Positions 10,418 through 19,975 of a stretch of 64,000 nucleotides of DNA are shown here, one piece after another (position 1 is the stretch's first letter; every line of letters starts with the position of its first letter). Under the pieces are notes generated by a model, which was given only the letters and a program-made list of their open reading frames with translations, made no database searches and was not told the DNA's origin. The translations under genes were made by a program, and so were the position numbers. The stretch comes from an uncultured Sphingobacteriales bacterium (GTDB lineage: Bacteria; Bacteroidota; Bacteroidia; CAILMK01; CAYYUA01): positions 12,117 to 76,116 of the forward strand of contig CAZIUI010000002.1 in NCBI GenBank assembly GCA_964542585.1, written 5' to 3'.

Positions 10418-11338
10418 ATGCCTAGTGGAAGTTCTACGTGGGAAGAATGGAAAGATAAAATCCTTCATAGCGGTAACGCCCTCTATCAGCTTATTTTCGC
10501 CATTGTAGTGGTTTTTCTGGCCTTCCGGATTATCCAGGTTTTCCTTGCGCTTTTTCTAGTGGACTCAACGCTTTTCAGCGAGATAAGGGCTTACCTGAGC
10601 GTATCCAATGACCCCATGGAAGTGCTCACACAGCCATGGAGTCTTGTTACCTACATGTTTTTGCATGCAGGGTTCTTCCATATTCTTTTTAATATGCTGA
10701 TCTTTTACTGGTTTGGGCGTATTTTCCAGGAATATCTGGGCGACCGGCGATTGATCAGCACCTTTATCCTGGGAGGCATTGCAGGAGCTATTGTTTTTAT
10801 CCTGGCATACCAAATTTTCCCGGCGCTTGCTCAGCGAGCGGCAGTGACAGGGATGGTAGGGGCCTCTGCTGGAGTAATGGCTATTGTTGTTGGAGCTGCA
10901 ACCCTACTGCCAGACTTTTCTTTGAACCTCATCCTTATAGGCCCTGTCAGGCTGAAATACATTGCCGGATTCATGGTACTGATCAGCTTTCTGGGAACAG
11001 CTGGATCTAATGCCGGTGGGGAATTTTCCCACCTGGGAGGTGCCCTTTATGGATTCTTCTACATAAAGCAGATGGATAGAGGCAGGGACCTTGGCGAATG
11101 GCTTATGCAGGGAATTGATAAACTAAGAGAAGCCTTTACTAGTAGCAATAGTGACCGGAAATCAGGTTTTAAAGTTCACCGTAATAAGGAAAAAGCTAAG
11201 TATAAAACCTACCCAGGGGAAAAGGACAAAAAGGCAGATCAAAAAGAGGTTGACCGGATTCTTGATAAAATCGCCGAAAACGGGTACGATAGCTTAACTG
11301 AGGAAGAGCGTAAAACCCTTTTTAAAGCTAGTAAGTAA
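10418..11338 (+). CDS. Rhomboid-family intramembrane serine protease
   Basis: HILFNMLIFYWFG and GASAGVMAIV (the GxSG catalytic Ser) are present, and it has multiple TM helices. Confidence 0.8.
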   Translation: MPSGSSTWEEWKDKILHSGNALYQLIFAIVVVFLAFRIIQVFLALFLVDSTLFSEIRAYLSVSNDPMEVLTQPWSLVTYMFLHAGFFHILFNMLIFYWFGRIFQEYLGDRRLISTFILGGIAGAIVFILAYQIFPALAQRAAVTGMVGASAGVMAIVVGAATLLPDFSLNLILIGPVRLKYIAGFMVLISFLGTAGSNAGGEFSHLGGALYGFFYIKQMDRGRDLGEWLMQGIDKLREAFTSSNSDRKSGFKVHRNKEKAKYKTYPGEKDKKADQKEVDRILDKIAENGYDSLTEEERKTLFKASK

Positions 11339-11481
11339 AACACCATACCAAAGTCGAATATTAGGAAATCCCTATTTAAAAGCACTTTGACCAATCCTGA
11401 AACTCATCCTGATTGCGTTCATAGCTTATTTTACATCAAGGTTATTCGCTAATCATGAAATGGGACACCTAAATTTGACCC

Positions 11482-12963
11482 ATGCAACAGCTAACCATTC
11501 ATAATTCCCTTAGCCGACAAAAAGAAGTTTTTGAGCCCCTAAACTCACCTTATATTGGGATGTATGTTTGTGGACCCACGGTTTACGGAGATCCCCACCT
11601 TGGGCATGCCAAGTCTTATGTCTCATTTGATGTGATTTACCGGTACTTATTGCATTTGGGCTACAAAGTGCGGTATGTTCAGAACATTACGGATGTAGGC
11701 CACCTAACGGATGATTCAGATGAAGGTGAGGATAAGATCCAAAAGCAGTCCAAGGTTGAGCAGTTGGAGCCCATGGAAGTGGTGGAGTATTACATGAACA
11801 GTTATTTCCGCCATATGGATACCCTAAACCAAAAAAGACCTTCCATTACGCCACGCCCTAGCGGACATATACCTGAACAAGTTCAATACATTCAAAACCT
11901 GCTAGAACAGGGTTTTGCCTACGAAGTAAATGGCTCTATTTACTTTGATGTTACGGCCTATCAACAAAAAGGGCCCAACCATTACGGAAAGTTGAGTGGT
12001 AAAAAACCTGAAGATTTAGCAGAAGGGGCTGCTAATCGGGAATTAAGCGGCCAGTACCAAAAGAAAAGCCCGCTGGATTTTGCCCTTTGGAAGAAAGCCA
12101 CACCAGACCATCTGATGCAATGGCCCTCCCCATGGAGTCAAGGTTATCCCGGCTGGCATATCGAGTGTACGGCTATGAGCCAAAAATACCTGGGCAACCA
12201 GTTTGATATTCACGGTGGGGGTATGGAGAACATGTTTCCCCACCACGAATGCGAAATCGCCCAGGCTGAAGGGTTAGAAGAGGGTTCCTTTGCCCGTTAT
12301 TGGATGCATAACAACATGGTAACCGTCAACGGCCAGAAAATGGGTAAATCGCAAGGCAATAGCATCACCCTTTCTGAGTTATTTTCAGGCGATCACACTC
12401 TGCTTGAAAGAGCCTATCATCCCATGTCAGTCCGTTTTTTGATTCTTCAGTCTCATTACCGGAAGCCCCTTGATTTTTCTAACGAAGCGTTGGAATCCGC
12501 GCACAAAGGCTACCAACGTTTAGTTGAAAGTGTACAGCGTCTCCAAAACCTTACTCCTAGCAGTGAAAATTCTTCCTTTGACGTCAGCAACTGGATTCAG
12601 CGATGCTACAGCGCCATGAATGATGATTTCAACACGCCCATGCTCATTGCTGAGCTGTTTGAGGGATGTAATGCCATAAACCGCGCCTGGCAAGGGCAAG
12701 AACATTTAAATAGTGCTGATCTACAGGCCATGCAAAAAGCTTTTAGCGAGTTTGTAGAAGATATTCTGGGATTAACATTACAAGAAGAGGGAGAAGGATC
12801 CCGGAAGCACTTGAACGAGGTAATGGACCTTTTATTAGAATTGCGCCAAGAGGCTCGTCAGAAAAAGGATTTTCAAACAGCTGATAAAATCCGCGACCGC
12901 TTACAAGAACTGGGCTTTGAGATACGGGATTCCAAAGAAGGAACGGAATGGTCCATTGCTTAG
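11482..12963 (+). CDS. cysS: Cysteine--tRNA ligase
   Basis: It carries a HIGH-like HLGHAKSY motif, KMGKSQGN (the KMSKS motif), Zn-binding cysteines and the DALRYF-like anticodon-binding C-terminus. Confidence 0.92.
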   Translation: MQQLTIHNSLSRQKEVFEPLNSPYIGMYVCGPTVYGDPHLGHAKSYVSFDVIYRYLLHLGYKVRYVQNITDVGHLTDDSDEGEDKIQKQSKVEQLEPMEVVEYYMNSYFRHMDTLNQKRPSITPRPSGHIPEQVQYIQNLLEQGFAYEVNGSIYFDVTAYQQKGPNHYGKLSGKKPEDLAEGAANRELSGQYQKKSPLDFALWKKATPDHLMQWPSPWSQGYPGWHIECTAMSQKYLGNQFDIHGGGMENMFPHHECEIAQAEGLEEGSFARYWMHNNMVTVNGQKMGKSQGNSITLSELFSGDHTLLERAYHPMSVRFLILQSHYRKPLDFSNEALESAHKGYQRLVESVQRLQNLTPSSENSSFDVSNWIQRCYSAMNDDFNTPMLIAELFEGCNAINRAWQGQEHLNSADLQAMQKAFSEFVEDILGLTLQEEGEGSRKHLNEVMDLLLELRQEARQKKDFQTADKIRDRLQELGFEIRDSKEGTEWSIA

Positions 12964-13039
12964 CCGCTGATCCTGATATTTAGCTTTAACAGGCATAAAC
13001 CAGCCAAAAGGGTTTTTTACAGCTTATCAAAACAAATCA

Positions 13040-14077
13040 ATGGATACCTATAACGATAATTTTTTAAGGGCTTGCCGGGGCGAGCCGGTAGATCATACAC
13101 CGGTATGGTTCATGCGGCAAGCTGGTCGTTACCAGGCTGAATACCGGGAGATCAAGGAGAACCGAACCATCTACGATATTATTCAAAATCCCGAATTATG
13201 CGCGTACGTCACAAAATTGCCCCTTCAGCAATTAGGAGTAGATGCAGCTATCCTCTTTTCTGACATCATGACGCCCATCGGGCCTATGGGATTGGAAAAT
13301 GAGATCAGACCTAATTATGGACCTTATGTCCCCAATCCAGTCAGGAGCCAAGCTGACGTCAACAACCTTACGGTACCCAACTACGAGCAAGCCACGCCTT
13401 ACGTAGGCGAAACCATTCAGCAAGTTATTAATGCTATCAATATTCCATTAATCGGGTTCTGCGGAGCACCTTTCACGCTAGCCAGCTACATGATAGAGGG
13501 GGGTAAAAGCAAGCATTACGAGCATACCAAAAGCTTGATGTATAACCAACCACAGGTATGGCATGAGCTCATGGAAAAGCTGGTGGATGGCATGCTGAAT
13601 TACCTGGATATGCAGGTTCAGGCTGGAGCAAATGCCGTCCAGATTTTTGATAGCTGGGTGGGGAACCTGAGCCAGCCAGACTATGCTACGTACATCTTTC
13701 CCCACATGGAGCGGCTCTTCAGGTCTCTTAAGTACCTGAATGTTCCTACGATACTTTTTGGCGTGAACACCCTCCACCTTTTAGGTCAGTTCAAAGAAAC
13801 CGGCTGCGATGTAGTAGGCGTTGATTGGCGCACCGATATTGGCGTAGCCTGGCAGATCATGGAGCATGAAGTAGCTATCATGGGTAACCTGGATCCCGTC
13901 TCCGTACTGGGGCCTGAGGAATTAATACAGGAAAAAGTTCAGCAGGTGCTGGATAGCATAGGAGAAGACCGGCAAAAAGGATTTATCTTTAACCTTGGTC
14001 ACGGGGTAATTCCTAGTTTGTCTCCCGAAAAATTGAAGTCAGTGGTTGATCACGTACACCGCACAACCAGCCGCTAA
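13040..14077 (+). CDS. hemE: Uroporphyrinogen decarboxylase
   Basis: The N-terminus NDNFLRACRGEPVDHTPVWFMRQAGRY matches the canonical HemE N-terminal motif. Confidence 0.92.
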   Translation: MDTYNDNFLRACRGEPVDHTPVWFMRQAGRYQAEYREIKENRTIYDIIQNPELCAYVTKLPLQQLGVDAAILFSDIMTPIGPMGLENEIRPNYGPYVPNPVRSQADVNNLTVPNYEQATPYVGETIQQVINAINIPLIGFCGAPFTLASYMIEGGKSKHYEHTKSLMYNQPQVWHELMEKLVDGMLNYLDMQVQAGANAVQIFDSWVGNLSQPDYATYIFPHMERLFRSLKYLNVPTILFGVNTLHLLGQFKETGCDVVGVDWRTDIGVAWQIMEHEVAIMGNLDPVSVLGPEELIQEKVQQVLDSIGEDRQKGFIFNLGHGVIPSLSPEKLKSVVDHVHRTTSR

Positions 14078-14201
14078 ATTCGTTGTTAATTAATTATTCC
14101 GAGTAGTAGTTTTTAATTAAAGTCATTTAATAGATCGTGTTTTTTAAAGATAATTATTCGCACCTGAAAGCACTTTTCGCAAAAATTAGAAAGCAGCATT
14201 T

Positions 14202-15131
14202 ATGAAAAAAGGAATTCTTTTACTGGCTTATGGGGGGCCGAACCGGCGCGAAGACATTGCCCCTTTTTACAGGGATATAAGGATGAGTTATGCGGGCGTT
14301 GAGCCAACGCAGGAAATGATCGATGAGCTCATTGAGGAGTATGACATGATCGGTGGTTATTCTCCGCTGCTGGAGATCACCCAGAATCAGGCTAACAGCC
14401 TGAAACAAGAGCTCAACAATGAATACCCGGTTTACATTGGAATGCGGCATTGGGAGCCCTGGATTCATGAGACCCTACAGCAGATGCAGCAGGATGGAAT
14501 TGAGGAAGCCGTCTGTATCATCATGGCTCCGCATTTCTCCCGCATGAGTGTCTGCAAGTATTATGAGCGGGTGAATGAAGCGCTTGAGTGGTTAAACTAT
14601 GACCTGAAGCTTCACCGCATTAAATCATGGCATACGCATCGTGAATATATCAAAGGCATGGCTGAGCGAGTCAAAGAGGGCCGACAGCAATTTCCAGAAG
14701 ATATTCCCAATGAAAATATCCATTACCTTTTTACTGCTCACAGCCTTCCGGCCAAGGTTTTAGAGTATTATGGCCCTTATCCAAAGCAGTTAAATGAGAC
14801 CAGCCAGCTATTAAGTGAGGAATTGGACCAGAGTAATTGGTCGTTCTGTTTTCAAAGTGCTGGCAAAAGCCGAATGCCTTGGCTAGGACCGGATATCCTT
14901 AGCCATCTTCACACCCTCGCTGATCAAGGACAGAATAAAGTTTTGGTGACATCCATTGGCTTCCTTGCAGACCACTTTGAGATTATAAATGACATCGATA
15001 TAGAGGCCAAACCCGAGGCTCATAAACTGAATATGGAGCTTGCGCGGTCTAAAACCCTGAATGACTCACCATACCTGGCCAGAACCCTGGCCGATATTGT
15101 ACAACAGCGGATGCCTGTTTATGCAGAATAG
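14202..15131 (+). CDS. hemH: Ferrochelatase
   Basis: The product is 309 aa with MKKGILLLAYGGP at the N-terminus and the ferrochelatase fold motifs. Confidence 0.85.
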   Translation: MKKGILLLAYGGPNRREDIAPFYRDIRMSYAGVEPTQEMIDELIEEYDMIGGYSPLLEITQNQANSLKQELNNEYPVYIGMRHWEPWIHETLQQMQQDGIEEAVCIIMAPHFSRMSVCKYYERVNEALEWLNYDLKLHRIKSWHTHREYIKGMAERVKEGRQQFPEDIPNENIHYLFTAHSLPAKVLEYYGPYPKQLNETSQLLSEELDQSNWSFCFQSAGKSRMPWLGPDILSHLHTLADQGQNKVLVTSIGFLADHFEIINDIDIEAKPEAHKLNMELARSKTLNDSPYLARTLADIVQQRMPVYAE

Positions 15132-16509
15132 CGAAGTTATTATCATTGGAGGTGGTATTACCGGGCTGACATCAGCCTGGTTACTAGAGGAAGCAGGTTA
15201 CACCAATGTAACAATCCTTGAAGCTTCCGATGAGTGGGGCGGGAAAATTAAAACTGATCGGGAAAATGGATTCCTTATTGAAACAGGGCCTGACGCGCTC
15301 ATGATCACCAAGCCAGGTGTCCTGGACTTTATCCGAAAACTTGATCTGGAAGAACAGCTCATAGAGCCTGCAAGCAGGCATTTTTACATCCTTCACAAAG
15401 GGAAACTGCAGGCTGTTCCGGCAGGATTTGCGTCAATGGTTCCGGCTGACCTTGGCGATTTCATGCGGTCTCCTATCCTTTCATGGCGTGGGAAAGCTCG
15501 CATGCTGGCGGAGCGTTTAATACGCCCGAGGGATCATGATAAAGATGAGAGCCTGGCTCAGTTCATTACACGCAGGTTCGGACGGGAAGTCTTAGACCAG
15601 CTAGCGGAACCGCTCTTCTCAGGTGTTTACTCGGCCCCTGCTGATGACTTGAGTATCAAAGCCACTTTTCCTCATTTTCACCGGATGGAAACGCAATATG
15701 GGAGTGTAACCAAGGCTGTTCTTCAGAATCGCAAGCAAAATGGGCCACCCGCTAGGTCACCCTTCCGCAGTTTTAAGGACGGGATGGACACCCTTCCCTG
15801 TGAGATTGTTAATCAATTAGCCCATACCCAGGTCCTTACGAATACACCGGTTAGTGAAATACAACAGGCCAAAAACGGCTACACGGTCAAAACAGTCAGT
15901 GCGAGATTTGAAGCTACGCAGGTAATCAGTACCATTCCTTCTTATCAATTAGCATCCGCCACCCGTAATATGGTACCGTTAGCTCAAAAGCCTTTAGAAG
16001 CAATTGACTTTGCCAGTTCAGCCATCGTTACGTTGGCTTATTCCCGATCAGCCGTCAGGAATGATCTCAACGCAACAGGCTTCCTTATTCCCAAGCCTGA
16101 GCAAACCGCGCTTTCTGCTTGTACCTGGAGCTCTGAGAAATGGCCTGGGCGTGCTCCAAACGGGTATGTAACCTTCCGGTGTTTTTTCAGCAATGTTGAT
16201 CCTTTGCTGATAAACCAGCGCTCTCATGAAGATTGGCAAGCGCTTGCAGATGAGGAGCTGAAAAAGATACTTAGCCTTTATGAGCAACCAATCAAAAGTT
16301 GGCTACATACCTGGAAGAACGCTCAGCCTCAGTACAAAATGCAACATTTAACCCATATTGAAGCCATTGAGCAAGCGCTTAAACCGTTTCCGGGTTTTCA
16401 TGTAGCAGGTAGCCCTTACCGGGGTGTGGGGATACCCGACTGCATCCGGCAGGCACAGGCCACCGTAAAACAGTTAATGGAAAAGGAACAAGAACCTGAT
16501 CAAGTTTAA
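15121..16509 (+). CDS. hemY: Protoporphyrinogen oxidase (FAD-dependent, HemY type)
   Basis: The N-terminal FAD-binding motif is VIIIGGGITGLTSAW, directly after the ATG at 15121. The ORF-track start at 15061 is an upstream in-frame extension that overlaps hemH. The 11-nt overlap of the stop and start codons suggests translational coupling. Confidence 0.85.
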   Translation: MQNSEVIIIGGGITGLTSAWLLEEAGYTNVTILEASDEWGGKIKTDRENGFLIETGPDALMITKPGVLDFIRKLDLEEQLIEPASRHFYILHKGKLQAVPAGFASMVPADLGDFMRSPILSWRGKARMLAERLIRPRDHDKDESLAQFITRRFGREVLDQLAEPLFSGVYSAPADDLSIKATFPHFHRMETQYGSVTKAVLQNRKQNGPPARSPFRSFKDGMDTLPCEIVNQLAHTQVLTNTPVSEIQQAKNGYTVKTVSARFEATQVISTIPSYQLASATRNMVPLAQKPLEAIDFASSAIVTLAYSRSAVRNDLNATGFLIPKPEQTALSACTWSSEKWPGRAPNGYVTFRCFFSNVDPLLINQRSHEDWQALADEELKKILSLYEQPIKSWLHTWKNAQPQYKMQHLTHIEAIEQALKPFPGFHVAGSPYRGVGIPDCIRQAQATVKQLMEKEQEPDQV

Positions 16510-16550
16510 TACCCTTTTCAGACCAATTTTATAATTTTGTAAAGGCTTTA

Positions 16551-16622
16551 GGGGCGCCTGTAACAGCAGGCTGAGAGGTAACCCTTGGAACCTGACACCG
16601 TTAGCACGGACGCAGGGAAAAG
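16551..16622 (+). promoter_or_regulatory. TPP (thiamine pyrophosphate) riboswitch aptamer 1 (THI-box)
   Basis: GGGGCGCCtgtaacagcaGGCTGAGAggtaACCCTTgGAACCTGAcacCGTTAGCACGGaCGCAGGGA matches the THI-element consensus (CTGAGA...ACCCTTTGAACCTGATC.GGTTAATACC.GCGTAGGGA). Confidence 0.85.
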
Positions 16623-16662
16623 CTGCTTAGGCTATTCAAGTGTAAGCTGCTACCATTTTTTT
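16621..16662 (+). terminator. Intrinsic terminator, the candidate expression platform of riboswitch 1
   Basis: The stem AGCTGCTTA / TAAGCTGCT is 9 bp with one T-T mismatch and a 13-nt loop, followed by ACCATTTTTTT (seven T). Confidence 0.55.
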
Positions 16663-16694
16663 CTCTCTCATTTTCCTCTAAACGCCATCTCAAA

Positions 16695-16775
16695 GGGGTG
16701 GGGTCTTTTTTAGAAAGACCTCTGAGAACAGACCCGTAGAACCTGACACTGGTAATGCAGGCGCAGGGATCGAGC
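16695..16775 (+). promoter_or_regulatory. TPP riboswitch aptamer 2 (THI-box), in tandem with aptamer 1
   Basis: GGGGTGGGGTCttttttagaaaGACCTCTGAGAacagACCCgtaGAACCTGAcacTGGTAATGCaGGCGCAGGGA matches the same consensus. Confidence 0.8.
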
Positions 16776-16850
16776 AACTGGTAATTTTTTATGCAGTGGA
16801 ATCCGACCCCTTGATTCCGCCGAATTGTGGAATCAAAGACTGCTAAAAGT

Positions 16851-19298
16851 ATGCGTTTCTTTTTGATTACCTTAATCCTCCTTATCACTGTTCCATTTGC
16901 ATCTAGGGCACAGCACACCATTTCCGGAACCGTTAGGGAGCAAGCTTCTGAACAAAGCCTAAAAGGCGCTAATGTCCGCTTAAAGCCGGGTTACCAAGGA
17001 GCTGTTACCCGAAAGGATGGTAGCTTCAAGCTATCCGGACTGGATAAAGGTTCCAGAACGCTGATTGTAACATATCTTGGCTACCAGCCTGATACGCTCA
17101 ACCTGAACCTCGACAGCGATAAGACTTTAAACATCAGGCTTCAAAAGCGGACATACCAGGAAGATGAGGTACTTGTACAAAGTACAAGGGCTGATCGGGG
17201 CACCCCGACTACTTATACCAACGTGGAGAAGGAAATCATTCAAGAAGAGAACACCGGTCGGAACATGCCAGCGCTTCTGGCCAATCAACCCTCTGTAGTC
17301 AGCTCCTCCAATGGCGGAATGGACATTGGTTATACGGACATGCGTATCAGAGGTGTATCTCAGAGCCGGGTTAATGTTACCGTTAATGGGATCCCGTTGA
17401 ATGATGCCGAATCCCAAGGCGTTTTCTGGGTCAATATCCCCGATATAGCTGCTTCTTCAGAAAGTATCCAAATTCAGCGGGGGGTAGGCACTTCTACTAA
17501 TGGTGCCGCAGCATTTGGCGCCACAGTCAACCTGGAAACCAGCGGTTTCAATAAAGAACCTTTTGTTGAGGTCAATAACAGTTTTGGTTCTTTCAGCAGT
17601 ATGCGTAACAATGTTCGTTTTGGCACTGGCCTATTGGATAATAACTGGAGTTTCCAGGGAAGTTTCTCGCGCATCGAATCAGATGGCTACATTGACCGCG
17701 CTACTTCGGATCTCAAGTCTTATTACCTCAGCGGTGGTTACTATGGGGAAAAATCAATCCTCAAAGCCATTGTTTTTGGCGGCAGAGAAGAAACCTACCA
17801 GGCCTGGTATGGTGTACCCGAAAGGAAAATGGGGCAATTTGCCAATGGCCAACAATACCTCGGAGACCTGGCTAAGCCTGTTCAAGGGCTCTTTGGCAAT
17901 GATCCGACTATAAATAAAGGCGATCGAACCTATAACTTTTACGATTACGAAAACCAGGTGGATGACTATGGGCAAGACCATTACCAGCTACACCTTTCTC
18001 ATGAGTTTAGTGAAGTCATCACTGCGAATGCTGCATTGCATTACACTTATGGGCGAGGTTTCTTTGAACAATTCCGCGAACAAGCTTCCCTCCAACGTCA
18101 CCAGATCCAACCCGTAAGGCTTGGAGATTCAACGATAAGCACTTCAGACCTTGTGCGAAGGCGGTGGCTGGATAACCATTTTTATGGCGGCACCTTTTCC
18201 ATCAACTATGACAACAACAAACGCTTAAATGCCGTCATTGGAGGAGCCTGGAACCAGTATGAAGGTGACCACTTTGGGAAATTACGGTGGGTTCGCTTTG
18301 CCGGTAACAGCGAAATTGGTGATAAATTTTATGACAACACCGGGAAGAAACGGGATTTCAACATTTATGGGAAGGTCAATTACCAACTAACCACTTCCCT
18401 TTCAGGCTTTGTGGACCTGCAATACCGGGGTGTCCATTATGACGTTGATGGGATGGATCTTGGCCAAAAATCCTTGTATGTGACCGATAATCTGGGCTTC
18501 TTCAACCCCAAAGTAGGACTGGATTACCGCTACAACAGCCGTAACAGCTTTTACGTCTTTTTTGGTATGGGTAACCGGGAACCCACTCGGAATGATTACA
18601 TCGATGCATCGCAGGGGCAATCTCCTCAGCATGAAAGTCTTTATAACGGAGAAGCCGGCTACCAGTATCAGGATAACACCAAGCGCCTAAAGGTCAACGC
18701 CTACTACATGCGTTATCGCAATCAATTAGTCAATACAGGTGAGGTGAATGATGTGGGCGCTAACATCCGAACGAACGTGGACCATAGCTACCGGGCTGGT
18801 TTGGAATTCATAGGCGCTATTCAGCTCGGTAAGCAATGGCAATGGCAAGGCAATGCCACCTTTAGCCGGAATCGAATCTTGAACACTGATTACAAAGTGG
18901 ATGGTGAGCTTGAAAAAAGTTTCGAGTCCACACCTATTGCTTTTTCGCCATCTGTGATAGCAGCGAGCCAATTCCGGTTTCAGCCTTTTAAAGGATTTGA
19001 AGCATCCCTCCAAAGTAAATACGTAGGGGAGCAGTATTTAGACAACACCGGGTCTGAAAGCCGAAAAATCCAGGATTACCTGCTTAACAACCTTCGCCTG
19101 TCCTATACGCTCAATCAATGGGCTGTTTTCGATCAGGTTAAGGCTCAGCTAGATGTGAATAACCTGCTAAACGTTCGGTACGCCAATGATGGTTACACTT
19201 TTGCGGCCCGCGCAGAATCGGGTGAGGTCAATAACTTCAACTTCTTTTATCCACAGGCAGGAAGGAACTTCATGGCATCTCTAAAACTGGGCTTTTAA
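16851..19298 (+). CDS. TonB-dependent outer-membrane receptor, probably a thiamine-related substrate receptor
   Basis: A signal peptide MRFFLITLILLITVPFASRAQ is followed by a carboxypeptidase-regulatory-like domain (ISGTVRE...GANVRL), a plug domain and a 22-strand barrel ending in an aromatic residue (...LKLGF). The ORF-track start at 16827 uses GTG; the ATG at 16851 gives a clean signal peptide. The TPP riboswitches lie upstream. Confidence 0.85.
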   Translation: MRFFLITLILLITVPFASRAQHTISGTVREQASEQSLKGANVRLKPGYQGAVTRKDGSFKLSGLDKGSRTLIVTYLGYQPDTLNLNLDSDKTLNIRLQKRTYQEDEVLVQSTRADRGTPTTYTNVEKEIIQEENTGRNMPALLANQPSVVSSSNGGMDIGYTDMRIRGVSQSRVNVTVNGIPLNDAESQGVFWVNIPDIAASSESIQIQRGVGTSTNGAAAFGATVNLETSGFNKEPFVEVNNSFGSFSSMRNNVRFGTGLLDNNWSFQGSFSRIESDGYIDRATSDLKSYYLSGGYYGEKSILKAIVFGGREETYQAWYGVPERKMGQFANGQQYLGDLAKPVQGLFGNDPTINKGDRTYNFYDYENQVDDYGQDHYQLHLSHEFSEVITANAALHYTYGRGFFEQFREQASLQRHQIQPVRLGDSTISTSDLVRRRWLDNHFYGGTFSINYDNNKRLNAVIGGAWNQYEGDHFGKLRWVRFAGNSEIGDKFYDNTGKKRDFNIYGKVNYQLTTSLSGFVDLQYRGVHYDVDGMDLGQKSLYVTDNLGFFNPKVGLDYRYNSRNSFYVFFGMGNREPTRNDYIDASQGQSPQHESLYNGEAGYQYQDNTKRLKVNAYYMRYRNQLVNTGEVNDVGANIRTNVDHSYRAGLEFIGAIQLGKQWQWQGNATFSRNRILNTDYKVDGELEKSFESTPIAFSPSVIAASQFRFQPFKGFEASLQSKYVGEQYLDNTGSESRKIQDYLLNNLRLSYTLNQWAVFDQVKAQLDVNNLLNVRYANDGYTFAARAESGEVNNFNFFYPQAGRNFMASLKLGF

Positions 19299-19349
19299 GA
19301 GGGCATTTAAGCGTTGAATAAAGCCAGGGCAGTGTATTACAACTCTTAT

Positions 19350-19952
19350 TTACATGGAGCGATACCAACGGTAGATGCCAATAAATGAAAAGACCACATA
19401 AAGCCCGTATAGCATTGTCATCAAGAAAAAATCTTTGTCAAAGTATATGACGGTATAGAATGTATCCACAACCATCCAAACCACCCAGTTTTCGAGTTTT
19501 TTACGGGCTAACATCCATGTACCAACCAGGCTGAAGGCTGTGGTGGCAGCATCCCAGTAAGGAATAGCCATAGCTGTATAGCTGCTTAAGACATACCCGA
19601 TCAAGACGGTGCCGAAAATCCCTAAAATTAGCAAAACCAGCCATAAGTTCAGGGAAGTGAATGTAACTTTTAAAACTGTTTCCTTGCTACCACCATATCG
19701 CCATTGGTACCAACCGTAAAAACTAAGAAGTATGTAAACGAACTGAAGGGGAATTTCCCCATACAGAGAAGCCTGGTAGTTAATCACGATAAAAAGCACC
19801 AATCCCACGAGGCTTAAGCCCCAGGCTATGGCTTTTTGCTTTGTAGCGAAATACACGTACAATACTAGTGAAACAAAGGCCACATATTCAATAACACTTG
19901 TTTGTTGGAGCTCTTTAAGTATAGTCTCAAAGAGTGCTGCCATAAGTAACAT
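19350..19952 (-). CDS. pnuC: PnuC-family transporter (nicotinamide riboside / PnuT-like thiamine transporter family)
   Basis: The 200-aa product has 7-8 TM helices. Motifs GWYQWRYGG, ...VWMVVDTFYTVIYFDKD... and a C-terminal YRWY are characteristic of PnuC. Confidence 0.75.
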   Translation of the reverse strand: MLLMAALFETILKELQQTSVIEYVAFVSLVLYVYFATKQKAIAWGLSLVGLVLFIVINYQASLYGEIPLQFVYILLSFYGWYQWRYGGSKETVLKVTFTSLNLWLVLLILGIFGTVLIGYVLSSYTAMAIPYWDAATTAFSLVGTWMLARKKLENWVVWMVVDTFYTVIYFDKDFFLMTMLYGLYVVFSFIGIYRWYRSM

Positions 19953-19975
19953 TTATGCTAAAGCTTGCTTTGCCA

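Noticed and set aside
15061-15120. The protoporphyrinogen oxidase ORF extends upstream into hemH.
   Set aside because: The Rossmann motif begins right after the Met at 15121. The extension overlaps the hemH C-terminus in another frame.
16601-16921. A 106-aa minus-strand ORF spans the riboswitch leader.
   Set aside because: It lies antisense to two conserved RNA aptamers and the receptor's signal peptide, and has no coding features.
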